A stretch of 64,000 nt of DNA. It comes from Dudresnaya verticillata (taxonomy: Eukaryota). Shown here in pieces: positions 25,330-38,000 of the stretch. Every line of letters begins with the position of its first letter. Position 1 is the stretch's first letter. The position numbers and the translations under genes were made by a program. Below the pieces are notes generated by a model. It saw only the letters and a program-made list of their open reading frames with translations. It did not search any database and was not told where the DNA came from. The DNA lies in the NCBI GenBank assembly GCA_977862235.1, contig OZ374558.1:620001-684000 (forward strand). The letters run 5' to 3'.

Positions 25330-26073
25330 TCGATCGTCGACATGTGGCGTGGGGCAACCGACCACGTGGGAGTAGTCCGTGCGCTGTAGTAGGGAGAGCG
25401 TGACCATGTTCAGGACTTATTAAAGTTTGCCTTTTGTTGTTTTGTTTGCTTTAATACGGCGCGTTGCTGTTAGGGGTGTTTCCCTGAGAGGTGGTGAGGC
25501 GTAGCGATTCGCAAGGCAACTGTCGGCGCGCGACGGGGTCGCGATACGTCGTCATTGAGGCATATGCCGCGCAGCGTGGAATTCCACATATCGTAAGCAA
25601 CTTGCACGTAGATGTGCCCCGACCACTGGGCGTGCGGTTGCTCAAGGCCGTTGGCGGCTCAGAGCGGTATGTACGGATTTCCGTTTTGGGCATGGCTCGC
25701 AATTCCAACTTAGTCGTGAACGACTTGGGGGAGGAGGTGAGGTGTACTTGCGGTCGTCCGCTAGGGTGGGCCGCTGTGTGGGCACACGGCAGGTGATTGG
25801 TGCGGGGTGCGTCGGCACCATGATTATCCAATGGGTATTCATGGAGTGGAGCACGGCACGTGACTTGAATGCACACTGCGGCGGGTACAGTAGACCAAAC
25901 GCGTACTGTGGCCTAGCCACATTAATTGGGTATACAGAAGTCTGTTGTCGAGTTTGTCTGCCTATGTTGCATGCTGACCCGTTCGCGCAAGCGCCGATCT
26001 GAGCAGTTGGGCGATAGGGCGATTCAGTCCGTCAACGTCGAGTCGAGTTCGACGTGAGAAAGGACGTAGCCGT

Positions 26074-29000
26074 CTAGATAAGTGGAATGCCACGTGAATT
26101 AGTGGCATGCGCAATGGGGTGCGCATTTGCGAGGGCGTCGTTCGCTGGCACAGATTCCGGCTCCGGGTTTGCAGGAGCAGGGATTGGCGTGGAGACAGTG
26201 GCTTCAGTGCGTGTGGTAGGTGGTGAGTGCATTGCGGTAGTCCGCGTGCGGACGCCAGCGGTGCGCCCGGGTATTATCGGCGGCGGTAAATCCGCCAACC
26301 CGCGGTCTTTGCGTGGTTGTATGGCTGGTGCCACAGCATGAAAGGTAATTGGAGTATTTTCCCCGTAAGGTACAGTAGCTCCGGCGGGGTACTGTACTCG
26401 GGTCTGATCATTATCGGGATCGTTCGTTGGCGGTAAATCCGCATCTGTCGGGTGTGCCGTCCCTTCGGCGTTGGCTTGGTTGGTCGCGTCCCTTGGTGGG
26501 GCCGGTGCCAACACGACCCTGTCGCGGGAAATCCGCTCGTATTCAGGCCCGTCCTTCTCGACGGTGACCGTCTTATCATTTGCGTCACTCACGCAATAGG
26601 GGCCGTTGGCGATAGGCGCCAGTTTGTGTTTTGGGGTATCTTTCCCATAGTACTCCTTGCGTACGTAGACGTAGGAGTCTACTCAGATGATGTCGCGTGA
26701 GGGACGTACCCTGTTATCGAAATTGCGCTTGTATCGCGCTTGTGTCTGGTCATCGCCTTTGGTGGCCTTTGACAGTAGTCCTGTGAGCCAGGACTGCCAC
26801 TTGGCGTGGAATGTAGCCGAACTCGGCACTGGTTCCAGTGAGGGATGTGCCTCGACGCTTAGAGCGGGTGGAGGTCTGGAAAGTACCAGTTGGAAGGAGG
26901 CCAGGTTCATGGTAGAATGAACTCGCGTATTGTACGCGTAGGTGATGGCATCTGAGAATAAATCTCATTCACGCGGATGATCCGCAACGTAGTGCAGTAG
27001 CGCGGCGCGCATTGTGCGGTTGAAGCGCTCAACCTGCCCATTGCATTGGGGGCGATAGGTTGTAGTAAAGAGATTTTTGATCCCCAACGTTCCACATAAC
27101 GACTGAAACAACTTTGCGGCAAATTGTCCGCCATTGTCCGATAGTAGGTACAACGGAGGTCCGTAGACGTAGACCCAATGCGTAATAAACGCTTCGGCGA
27201 CTTTCGCAGCCGTAATATTCTTCATCGGAACTGTCCGAACGAGTTTGGAGAAACGGTCCGTGATGACCAAGAGGAATCGATTACCTCGCTTTGTGCGAAT
27301 CAGTTCGCCATAGATATCAATGGAGACAAACACCAGGGGTGGTTTTGCTGGAAACAGCTTCATGTGCTTTGTATTACGGCGTAGCATAACGCGATTGCGT
27401 GAACAGATTGTGCAGTTTCGTACGGTGCCGTAACAGTCCACAGCCATGGAAGGCCAGTAGAATGATCTACGGAGTGAGTAATACATCTTGCGACCACCGG
27501 GATGTCCGGATAGTTTCGGGAAGTGTGCCAAGTGTAGCACGCGTGCGCGAAGAGTGAATGGTATCACAATTTGAGGAAGTGCCTCTCGTGTGCGAATGAG
27601 GACTCCTGTCTCGTCCAGCGCGAACTGTAACCCCTCCCCCCCGTTAAGACTAGAACGCAGGAAGGTGCAGAAAGCATCTGCTAATTGCGTTTGAAGAAGC
27701 TCTTCCGTGGTGATTGGGCGCAAGAGCTCGGGTTGTGATAAAGGCGGATTCGCCAGGAGGAGGCGATCGGCGACTGCGTCATCTAATTCGAGGAATTCCT
27801 CCGTATTGCAAAGGGCGCAGGTTGCGGGAGCGTCCGCCTCGACGTGGAAATACGGAATTTAGTCGTCGATATCGACTTGGGTTTCGCCAAGCGTTTGCAG
27901 GCGGGAAAGGGCGTCCGCTTGGGTGTTGATGCGTCCCTTCTTGTAGCGGACGTCAAAGTAGAATTCCGACATGCGTAAGCGCCAGCGCATAAGGCGCCCG
28001 GAGAGATCATTAATCTCCATTAGCGAACGAAGAGAGGAGTGATCTGTGTGTATGGTAAACGTTTCCATTTGTAGGTAGGACCGTAAAGTGGTAACAGCCC
28101 ACACCAATGCCAAACACTCCTTCTCGGAAACCGAGTAGTTCTTTTCGGCGGCTTGCAGAGAACGGGACCAGTACCCGAGTGGTTTCCTCGTACCGTCGGT
28201 GTGCGTCTGGAATAAGGCGCAACCGACCTGGTAGTTCGACGCGTCGGTATCAACAGAGTAGGGCAAGCCAGGTTTTGGCAGAGATAGTACCGGGGGTTCC
28301 GTGACCGCTGTAATCAACGTCTGGAACGCGGCGTCTTGGTTGTCGTCTAACGACTCAATCTTATCCGGATGATCCTCTTTGAGGAGCCGGTTCAGTGTTC
28401 CTGCCACGTGAGAGTAATTGGGGACAAACCTCCTATATACGTTGCATAGTCCGAGGAAAGACCTCAATTCCGTTTGTGTACGTGGGTATTTTGCTTTGCG
28501 GAGTGCCGCAGTGACCGTTGGATCGACCCGTAGTAGTTCGGCTGGGCGGATGATATGGCCGAGGTAGTTGACGGTGTTTGTGAACAAGTCACATTTCTTC
28601 AGTTTGAGGGTAACCCCGGCTTGATTCAATGCAGTCAGAATCTGCTCGACGTGTTCAAAGTGGGATTCCACGTCCTTGGAGTAGATGATAACTTCGTCCA
28701 AGTAAACGAGGCATGTCTGCCATTTGAAACCTGAGAGCAGGATATCCAGGGTCCTCTGGAAGGTAGCGGGAGTATTGGTCAGGCCAAACGGCATCCTCTT
28801 GTAGCGGAAGGTTCCCGCATGGCATGTAAACGTGGTTTTATCACGATCGCGACCGTTGATGGGGATTTACCAATACCCCGAGTTGCAATCGAGCGTAGTG
28901 AAGACGTTTGCTTCGCCGAGTGAATCGATACACTCATTGATGCGAGGTAACGGGTATGTATCCCGAACGGTTGCGGCATTTAAACGTCGATAATCGACAC

Positions 29001-30420
29001 AGAATCGTAAGTTACCGTCCTTTTTAGGCACCAAAACAACTGGAGACGCCCAGGGAGATTGTGCCGGTTCAATGGCGCCAGCTCGTAGCATGCGGTCAAC
29101 TTCCGCTTGTTCCACTTGGCGTTGCTTCGGACCCGCCCGATAGGGTGGGCACGAGAATGGCCTCGTACCCGGAAGCATATCGATGTAATGTTCCGTAGTG
29201 GTGATTTCACCTAGTGAACCATCCCACATTGTATAAAACCTACCAAGTAATTGCCGAACACGCTTGGCGTGATTCTCTGTCAGGTGGGATAAATCCACGT
29301 CGTCCACCGAAGGTGGAGGTTCGTTTTCAGCTTCAAGGGTCTTCGATTGAGCGTCACCTTTGTTTGTCGTATTCGACAGTCTGCCCAGTCGTTGGGACTT
29401 TGTTGCGGTATCGTCCGCTAAGTCAGCCAACCCAAGCACGTCTGCCAGCCGGATGGGACTGGGCACCACGGCGGTGGGGTGCGGGAGGGCGGTCGCGACG
29501 ACTTGGTTCTTTTGCAGAACTGGGTCATGCGGCGTAAAGTTCGCGACTAGAATGCGGAACGGCCGCTTTGGTTCAACATGGGCTATTCCATTCGTTGCGA
29601 TGATTCCCTGCCGGTGATACGGTTTGTCGTAGGGCTGAAGGCAAATCAGCCCCGCGCGTTCTGTGGTTACTGAAACCCACTTTTGCGCTTGGGCTGGGAT
29701 TACGGTTCGCCCCGCTACGCGTATTTTCGTTGAGGTATGACCTCGTAGTGGCTCATACTCCTGATCGTCAGGTAGTGGTGGAGCCGTGGGCGGTCGCTTC
29801 AATGGTCGCCGTGTAATCGGCACGCGAGTCCCATTGTCGAGTTCGACTTCACGGCTCCTCGGATAGATGGCTTCTACGAAACGATCGCAGAAGTCACATC
29901 CGAGGATGACCGGGGCGGCGAGTCTCTCGCGGACTATAAAGTCAAGTTTGACAATGCGGTCGCCAAATCGGACAACCAAGGCGATTACGCCGCATGTCTG
30001 CAACGGCCGGTTGTTGGCGTCGCTGATAGTGGGGATGTCCCCTTCTCGAATGTGGGATTCCGCTTGAGGTGGTAGTTTAGATTTTCTGATAAAGTTGGGA
30101 CCGGCACCGGTATCTAGCACAGTACGTTTACGCGATAGGTAGCTTGGGTGTAAACCCGTATCTGCGTATACTTTAAAGTTGCGCTTTGCCGCTATCAGCA
30201 ATTCGCCTCGTATGTGCGGGGGACGGTACCGGTGCCAGGGCCTGCGTAACCCCTTCGTTGGAGGTGCGGCAGAGGTCCTGCTAGCCCTTGCAGGGTTTTG
30301 CAGTATGATCTTTGGCGTTATGTCCTCCTGCTTGTCGGGTTGTGACCCTTGAACTTCGGTTGGAGATGGTTCCGGCTGAAATTCCCCAGTCAAAGGGGGT
30401 CTGACCCCGACTAGTTTTCC
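26074..30420 (-). pseudogene. pol: pol of element B: protease, RT, RNase H, integrase
   Basis: LDTGAGPNFI, LRFCVDYRRLN, YLDE, DTDASNYQ, TDHSSL, GHPGGRKMY..CTIC, NGQVERFN. Frameshifts present; no chromodomain seen. Confidence 0.95.
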
Positions 30421-31442
30421 GAATTGCGGATGTCCGCTCGTCCGTTGCATCCGTTCGTGGGGGACTGGCCTACGGGCGCGAACGCCTGAGGGTGGCGTTC
30501 GCTGGTGTGGGGTACCACGTTGGTTGGGTGCCCCTGGGGCCGACCTTGAGGACTGGCCTCATCACATTGTCCCTGTGCTCTCGCCTTCATATAGGACGTA
30601 GCCGGCACGCGCTCGCGGTCAACCGCACTAAGTGATTCATAATTGAGGATAATCCTCAGGTAGTCCTTCCATGCCAAGAAGCATTCGGGCGAAACATGCC
30701 CGGGCTTGTAGAAAATGTGGCAGATGATTGTCTGCTTGGGACCGAGGTTTCTTTGCGGATTTCCCCTATCTTTCCAGCCCGGCCGAGCGCGTGTCATACC
30801 AGGTGAATGCTCCTGGTATGGAATGCGTGGGGCCGGGACCTGGCGAGAGCGCATGAGAAACGCGTTATCTTCGCTTCCGTATGATCCTACTCGCCAGTCG
30901 GTAGGTGGGTCGGACGACAGCAGGGCCGCGTCGGGATACAAGAGATGCACCTCGGCATCCTGCGCTCCCACCTGCCTACGTGGAACTCCACTTCCGTCCC
31001 GAAACTCAATAGAAGACTCGACCATCATAGCGGAATTTCCGCGTCCCAGACGGCGTCCTCCTGAAGCTGCGGTACGACCAGCGAGTTGGTCTTGTCCAGC
31101 GCGTGGTGCCCGACTTCTTCCACGGTGAGCTTCACCTTCATCTTGTGCGTAATGCACTAGTCGTTCAAACGACAATTCGTGACGAGGAGTTTCCTCTCGA
31201 TACCGGGCGACCAGCGAGCGGATGCTCGGATCGAGGCCGTCGATGAAGTACGTCATCTTCTTCCATTCGTTGTGGACATTGCCACACCGGTTACACGATT
31301 TCGAGACTCGCATACCGAAGCGTGTTTCCGATTCGCCCGCGTTCTGCCGAAGGGCACGGAGCTCGAGGATTGCCTCTCGTAATGCGCTCGGCGTCGCATA
31401 GGTCCGCAGAAGATACCGCACAGCTTCCGGCCATGAGGATAC
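30411..31442 (-). pseudogene. gag: gag of element B, 3' part
   Basis: WPEAVRYLLRTY, FIDGLDPSIRSLV, and a degenerate knuckle CHIFYKPGHVSPEC. Cut by the LTR at 31443. Confidence 0.9.
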
Positions 31443-32341
31443 TGCGGTGCAAGGGGAGGGCTGCCCTTTTTTCACTGTGAGCGTATTATATGCCAACCTC
31501 TACCGACGGCACGTCAAGCGCCGTTGGCGCGCGAACACGTCATGGACGATTGGCCCACGGGCATACGGTCGCCGTTACCCCGCGCGGCGCGGTGCACGCG
31601 CACACTGTACGGCCAGATCCGGATGCATCACCCCGATCGGCAAGGCGCAAGGCGCACGCCTGTAAGCTTGGCCCGGATCCGGATCGGATCCGGATGGGAC
31701 ATCGGGATCCGGCATCGGGATCCACAGTGATGTAAGGAGCGCGCCTGTAATGGCCGCGCGCCAGCAATGCTGGCGGGGATCTGGATCCGAATCCGGATCA
31801 CCCGCACTGCTACACGCATGCGCCTGTAAGTCACCCATTACTCGCACGCATGTGAGTAATGGGTGACTTACAGGCGCATGCGTGTAGCTGTAAGCTACTC
31901 CTGAGCTCCTGCGCACGCGGCTGCATGGCGACGACGACGTGTCAGACACTCGACGGCGCGACACGCGTCCTGAGTTCCCGCGCACCGCGCCCGCCGCCGT
32001 CGCCCACGTAGTATATTAGTTAATCCGTCTGAGACGCTGAGTAAACCCCGGACAAGCCGGCCTTGGTCCAGACTTCCCCGTTCCGCACACGCGTACCCTA
32101 CCGCTGCCTACGGCTCAAGCGTCTACCTCCCGTGCTTCCACGTCTATCACCGTCCTTGACGTGTTTCCCTTTTGTTTCCTTTTTCCTTCCTTTCCGCCTC
32201 GGGCGTCTACAGTCCGCCCAAGGCGTGTCCTCTGCTCTACCACAAGTCGCCCAAGGCGAAGCTACTCAACGCCACGGGCGCAGCTACACACCGAGCCCCG
32301 AACTGCTCGGCGGTGTTCCGTCTCCAGACGTTTGCACCACA
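31443..32341 (+). repeat. 5' LTR of element C
   Basis: TGCGGTGCAA...TTTGCACCACA. Its 3' ~290 bp are nearly identical to 44763-45051. Confidence 0.9.
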
Positions 32342-32343
32342 TC

Positions 32344-32356
32344 TGGTCTCCCGACC
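32344..32356 (+). promoter_or_regulatory. Primer-binding site, probably tRNA-Tyr
   Basis: TGGTCTCCCGACC starts 2 nt after the LTR. Its complement ...TCGGGAG-A-CCA has G72/A73, as in eukaryotic tRNA-Tyr. Confidence 0.6.
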
Positions 32357-32482
32357 TATAATTGTGCTACGTTTCAACGAGTTACTCCGTCGTGCGACGT
32401 CCGACTTTCCTTCTTCGACTTTCCGTCTTTAGACGCTCGTCGCTAATCGTCCACGACGTTCAAGCAACTCTACGACTGCATT

Positions 32483-35037
32483 ATGGCCTCACGACCGCAG
32501 CCGTCGCGAGGCCCAAGTTCAAGGAGACCGTCATCGACGCCTGGGAGTGTCCCCGCGTCGGAACGGTCGCTACAGCGGATGAAAACGAGGTCTGGTCGCC
32601 TGGTAAGCCCGGAGATCGCGTCGGCGTTCCCGACGCTACCCCTGGACCACGGCCACGCAGGCTCCCACGCGTCGCTCAACGGAGGAGAGTTACCTCCCCC
32701 GCCGACGCGCATCCCCGTCGTCGTCCGCACCTCAGCCCCCGAGGGGTCGGCCCTCCGCACCTACCGCTCCTACCTTGACTCAGCTGACACAGTACAAGCC
32801 GAGCAACAGGACGTTGTAGACGGAACACAAGCCGACATCGTCGAGGAACAACCGGAACTTCCGGATCAACCAACCATACCCGTCAGCGACGATCAAGGGC
32901 ACTGCGCGGAGCGCAACGTCGTTGACGACACATTGACACACGGGGCATGTTGCCCCACTCCCCACGGCAGTGCCTGTTGTTCGCCGGCTAAGCCGAAGTC
33001 GCCAAGCCAAAGGGTGCAAGGAACGCCCGACCGGTCAAACCGCGAAAGCCAACCACCAACGGCGTCACCCTTGGCCGTCCGCGTGAGTAACTTAACGATA
33101 CCACGCGAACGGATCCGAGAGGTATGCGTCTTGGAAGACGATTCCATGCTCGCTAGGTTCGCCGGGTTACTGGACGACAGTGTCGGAGGAATCGTAAGTC
33201 GTCTACAGACGTTGGAAGAGGATCGGGACGGCACCCTACAAGGGCTTCGCTCCGACCTCGACCGTCTCTTGACGAGCCAAAACGCCCAAGGCGAGGGTAC
33301 ACAACCACCGCCGGCAGTAACGGTTCATTCGCACTCGGAGCTTAGCTCACGCGAACGCTTTCAGCGACTGGCGACTCGCTTAGAGCCTCTCAAAATCGCC
33401 AAGTAGCGCAACGTTCCACCGTTGGGTGACGAGAGCTCGTGCGAAGATCGTCACACACGCAAGGATCGGAAGAAACGCCGCCGCAAACTGCGTCATGGAC
33501 GGAAGAAGAACCTTCATCGACGTGGGGACTCATCCTCGTCCTCTTCGGACACATCAAGTGACGGAGAGTCATCAAACTCTTCGTCTGAAGAAGACGACTT
33601 CCCGGCCCTCGGCAGTGCCGCAAGACCTCGCGGAAAGCGGTTGAAGGCGTTGAAGGAACTACGGCCCTCCAACCCCCTTTTCGATCAGTTATTATCTTAC
33701 AGAACTTACCGTCTCAAAGACGTAGGGCAAAAACGCTCAGGGCGCGACATGGGTAAGGTCAAGGACCATATTAAGCGCGTGGAGCTGACTATGAAGGACG
33801 CCGCCTTCAACGGCAGAGACCCCATCATGGTCCTGGAGTTCCTAACGCGTTTCGCTGATGAAACCGATACGCTGGGGATGAGCGAAGCCCAAACGTTCGT
33901 CGCACTGCCTACTTCTTGCGAGGTACGGCAGCCACGCAATTCCGCTCCGTCAAGTCGACGTCTTCTCGCCATCCCGGCGGGGTGTCCTCGTATCCGGAGG
34001 CGGTACTGTACCTCCTCCGTACATATGCTACGCCAGCGGCGATCAGGGACGCTGTACTCGCCCTACTGTCGACCGCCCAGAAGCAAGGCGAGGACGAGAC
34101 GACCTATGGGATGCGGCTAGCCGGTGCGTGTATTCGTTGCGGTAACGTATATCCAGATTGGGAAAAGATGACGCTGTACATCGACGGGTTAGACCCATCC
34201 ATCAGGTCCCTGGTCGCTCGCTTCCGAGAAGAAACCCCAAGGGCGGAGTTTTCATTTGAGCGGCTGGTCCACTTCGCACAGGACGAAGGGGATGCCAACC
34301 GCGCACGACACGGCGGGGCCGGTTCCGCGTCAGCACGACGAGACATGCTAACTCAAGCCGTACGCACATCGCGACCCGACATCGGCGATGCCCAAGGGGT
34401 ACTGCGTCCACAGACTAGAGGCGCAAAGCCTGGAGCGCGCGCTACGATAGCGGAGTCCTCCGTCGAGTGCTGAGACGTTAGCCACCCTGTCGATGACATG
34501 GGAACACACGCCGAAGGCGATCTATACTTGGCAAACGAGCAAGCGTCGGTGCCAACTTCGGCTCTACCGACGGAGAGCTACGTCAATGACGAAGACGCAA
34601 GGGGTATGGACCCCGCTCTCGCCTTTGGGCGCCCGTTCGTACCAGCGCCACGCGTTCCATGTTCCGAGTATGCCCCTCACGTTCACCGAGCAAGGCCCGG
34701 ATGGCAGGACAGAGGTCCGCCCCGTCAAGACGCGCATCGGCAGCTGGTATGCCACCCATGCTACGCCCGCGGACTCATCACGCTGGACTGCTTCCTTCGC
34801 ATCAGCGACGTCATGAAGGTTATTACCAACTATGAAGGACTAAACGAAGCCGAGAAGGCTGGTGTCCCCGCTGATGCGTATGTACGTTGCAAGGAACGCG
34901 CGACCCGCGACGCTGCTCGCCGTGCTGCACGACCACAATCGCCACGAGGCGGACCCATGCCGCACGCGTCAGAACGTCATCCGACGATGATCAATCGCTA
35001 TGTAGCTCCACAACAACCGCCGCAGGCGAAAAACTAA
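32483..35037 (+). pseudogene. gag: gag of element C
   Basis: Tiled ORFs 32483-33406, 33422-34120, 33916-34473 and 34498-35037; FNGRDPIMVLEFL, YPEAVLYLLRTY, YIDGLDPSIRSLV, degenerate knuckle CHPCYARGLITLDC. Confidence 0.9.
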
Positions 35038-38000
35038 CTCGGGCACCAAATCCTGACACAGGGGTGTCGCACCGCGAAGAGAGGCCTAGACCTCGGGTGC
35101 TGACACGGAAGGAGGGCCCGAAGTTAGTTACTGATGACGCCAACGGGCGGATAGAGTCGTCACAGACGTCATTAAAACGCCCATGGCGAAGGTACCAGCC
35201 CCCCCAGGCGCGAGGGCAGTTGTTCGTAATGGCCAAGAGGAACTATAAGGTGTACGCCGATTTGGGCGCAACCGTTAGTACCTTGGCACGTAAACTCACT
35301 GTCCTCGACACGGGGGCTGGTCCGAATTTCATTCGCATTGACGACATTCCGCTGGAAGCGCGATCGCGCATCGTGGCAAAGAGCCTCCCCGTCATAGCCG
35401 ACGCCAACAATAAGGCGATTCAGACAAGAGGCACCATCGACCTGGTCGTTCGTCTGGGACGGAGAGTCGTCAAGTTGGAACTGATCGTTTGCGAGCGACT
35501 CGCTGCGCCGGTTATACTCGGCTGCCACTTTTGCTACCGCTTCGTCGAAGCAATATATCCGCGAAGTCGCGAGGTTGAATTGGATGACGGGACTCGTGTC
35601 CCTATAACGCGCCGCCCGCTGCGCCGACCCCCGTCGTATCCTCCGTTACCAACGGAACAGGAATACGGCAAGGCCGAAGGAAGGACGTCGCCCAAGATCC
35701 GAGTCGCCGAACGCGCGATCATCCCGCCTAAGGCGCAACAATGGGTATCGGTGACCACCGAGCGCCGGCATCATCACCATTCAACCGTTCGGAACACTGT
35801 ATATTTAAAAATGTCTGACGGTTACGAACGGGATTGCTCAAGTGGAGCCGCTAAAAGCGTTTCGCATTCTGGTTGCCAACTTCTCTCCCCGCCCGTAGGC
35901 GCTAGCCAAAGGCCAAGTCGTCGCGACGGCGTTACCATATCCGACAGCAGTGTTCCCCAGTCACGTAAGTCTAGCCAATGTTTTGGGCCTCACAGAGGAA
36001 CAGGCCGAGGAGGAGAAGGCAAACCAAGATTTCCGTTTTCAAACGAACGATAACACTGCGGCACAGCCGGATACTTTCACGAAGTCTATCGAGGCAACCA
36101 CTGCCAAGCCTCTGTCAGTAGACGATTTGGACCTGGGACATCTCCCCGCCGAGCATTAAGGCCGGCTTAAGGAGATTTTACGTACGTATTCGTCTATGTG
36201 GGACGGTTCGTTGGGAGAAATCTCAACCACGGAGCACTACATCGACTTGCTTCCCGGCTCTAGACCGATATCGTCCCCGCCTTACCGAGCAGGGCCGAAC
36301 CAAAGACAACTCGCTCAAGCGGAAGTGGACCGTATGCTGCGTCAAGGGGTTATCGAACCCGCACAATCGCCGTGGGCGTCACCAGCGGTCTTCGCCCCCA
36401 AGCAGGACGGGACCCTCCGCTTTTGCGTAGACTAACGCCGATTAAACGCAGTACCCGTACGGGATACGTACCCGCTGCCGCGTATCGACGAATTCATTGA
36501 CATTCTAGCAGAAGCAAACGTCTTCACCACCCTAGACTGTAACAGTGGGTACTGGCAGGTGCCGATCAATCCGCGAGATCGCGATAAGACTGCGTTCACG
36601 TGCCACGCCGGACTGTTCCGCTATAAGCGTATGCCATTCGGTCTCACGAACGCACCCGCTACGTTTCAAAGAACGTTGGACATACTGCTCGCTGGTTACA
36701 AATGGCTTTCGTGCTTCGTCTACCTCGACGACGTAATAATCTTCTCCAGCGACATCGACAGTCACTTCCGTCATGTTGACGAGATCCTTTCGACATTGCA
36801 CCGCGCCGGGGTGACTCTGAAGTTGACCAAGTGTGACTTCTTCACCCCGACCGTCAACTACTTAGGTCACGCCATACGTCCAAGAAGGTTAGAAGTTGAC
36901 CGCACTGTCACTACCGCGCTACGCGAAGCCAAGCATCCACGGGATCAGAAGGAGCTACGGAGCTTCCTCGGTCTTTGTAACGTCTACAGACGGTTCGTCT
37001 CGCGGAACGAGCATGTCGCTGCCCCCCTCAACAAGTTGCTGAGGAAGGAACAGGACTTTCGGTTACAACCGTTCGATGATACACAAGCCAAAGCGTTCAG
37101 TACGCTCGTCGAGGCCGTGACTCATCCGCCTATACTGGCGCTACCGCAGCAGGGTCTCCCCTATTCCGTCGATTGTGAAGCGAGTATCAGGTCGGATGCG
37201 CGCTCTTTCAAACGCAGCCCGACGGGGAGCGTAAGCTACTCGGCTTCTGGTCCCGCTCGCTCACCGCTCCAGAGCGTAACTACTCGGTCTCCGAAAAGTA
37301 GTGCCTCGCAGTAGTATGGTCCGTCATGACGCTGCGACCTTACCTCCAGATGGAGTCATTCACAGTCCATACGGACCATTCGTCACTGAGGTGGCTGATG
37401 GAAATCAGCAACCCCTCTGGACGGTTAATGCGGTGGCTCCTTCGCCTTTCCGAGTTCGACTTTGTCGTGAAGTACAAAAAGGGGTACCTGAATACTCAGG
37501 CAGATGCCCTTTCGCGTCTACAGACGAAGGGAGAAACCGTCGAGCCCATTGACGATGATATACCGTGCTATCACGGAAGCTACGTCGAAGACGGCCATAA
37601 AACGTCAAAAGACGATCTGTCAGACGCCGAAGGCGAGGTCGACTTCGCCGAACGAGAGTTCGAAGAGTTCGACCAAGTGTTGATCAACAACACGCCATCG
37701 GCGGATGAGGTACTCCTTCGTCAAGTGACGCATGAAGAGTTGGTACACGCCCAAGGCGATGACAAATACTGTAACGATGTCAGGAAACGTCTGGATGACG
37801 GGATCATCTTACCGTTCGCAACGGATGAACAGGGTCTGTTGGTCCGAACAGTGGAAGTCCGTCCGCAAGTGGTCGTACCCTCCGCGTTACGCGCTCGCTT
37901 ACTCCACCTTCGGCACCACGCCAAGTTGGGAGGGCATCCCGGGGGCGTAAGTTGTATCATACGCTTCGACGCGAATACTATTGGCCATCGATGCCAGTGG

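Larger units (their letters stand above)
22711..31442 (-). mobile_element. Gypsy LTR retrotransposon B, inserted in gag of A and 5'-truncated by C
   Basis: LTR terminus TGTGGTGCAA at 22711 interrupts gag of A; antisense ORF, pol and the 3' part of gag follow. Confidence 0.85.
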
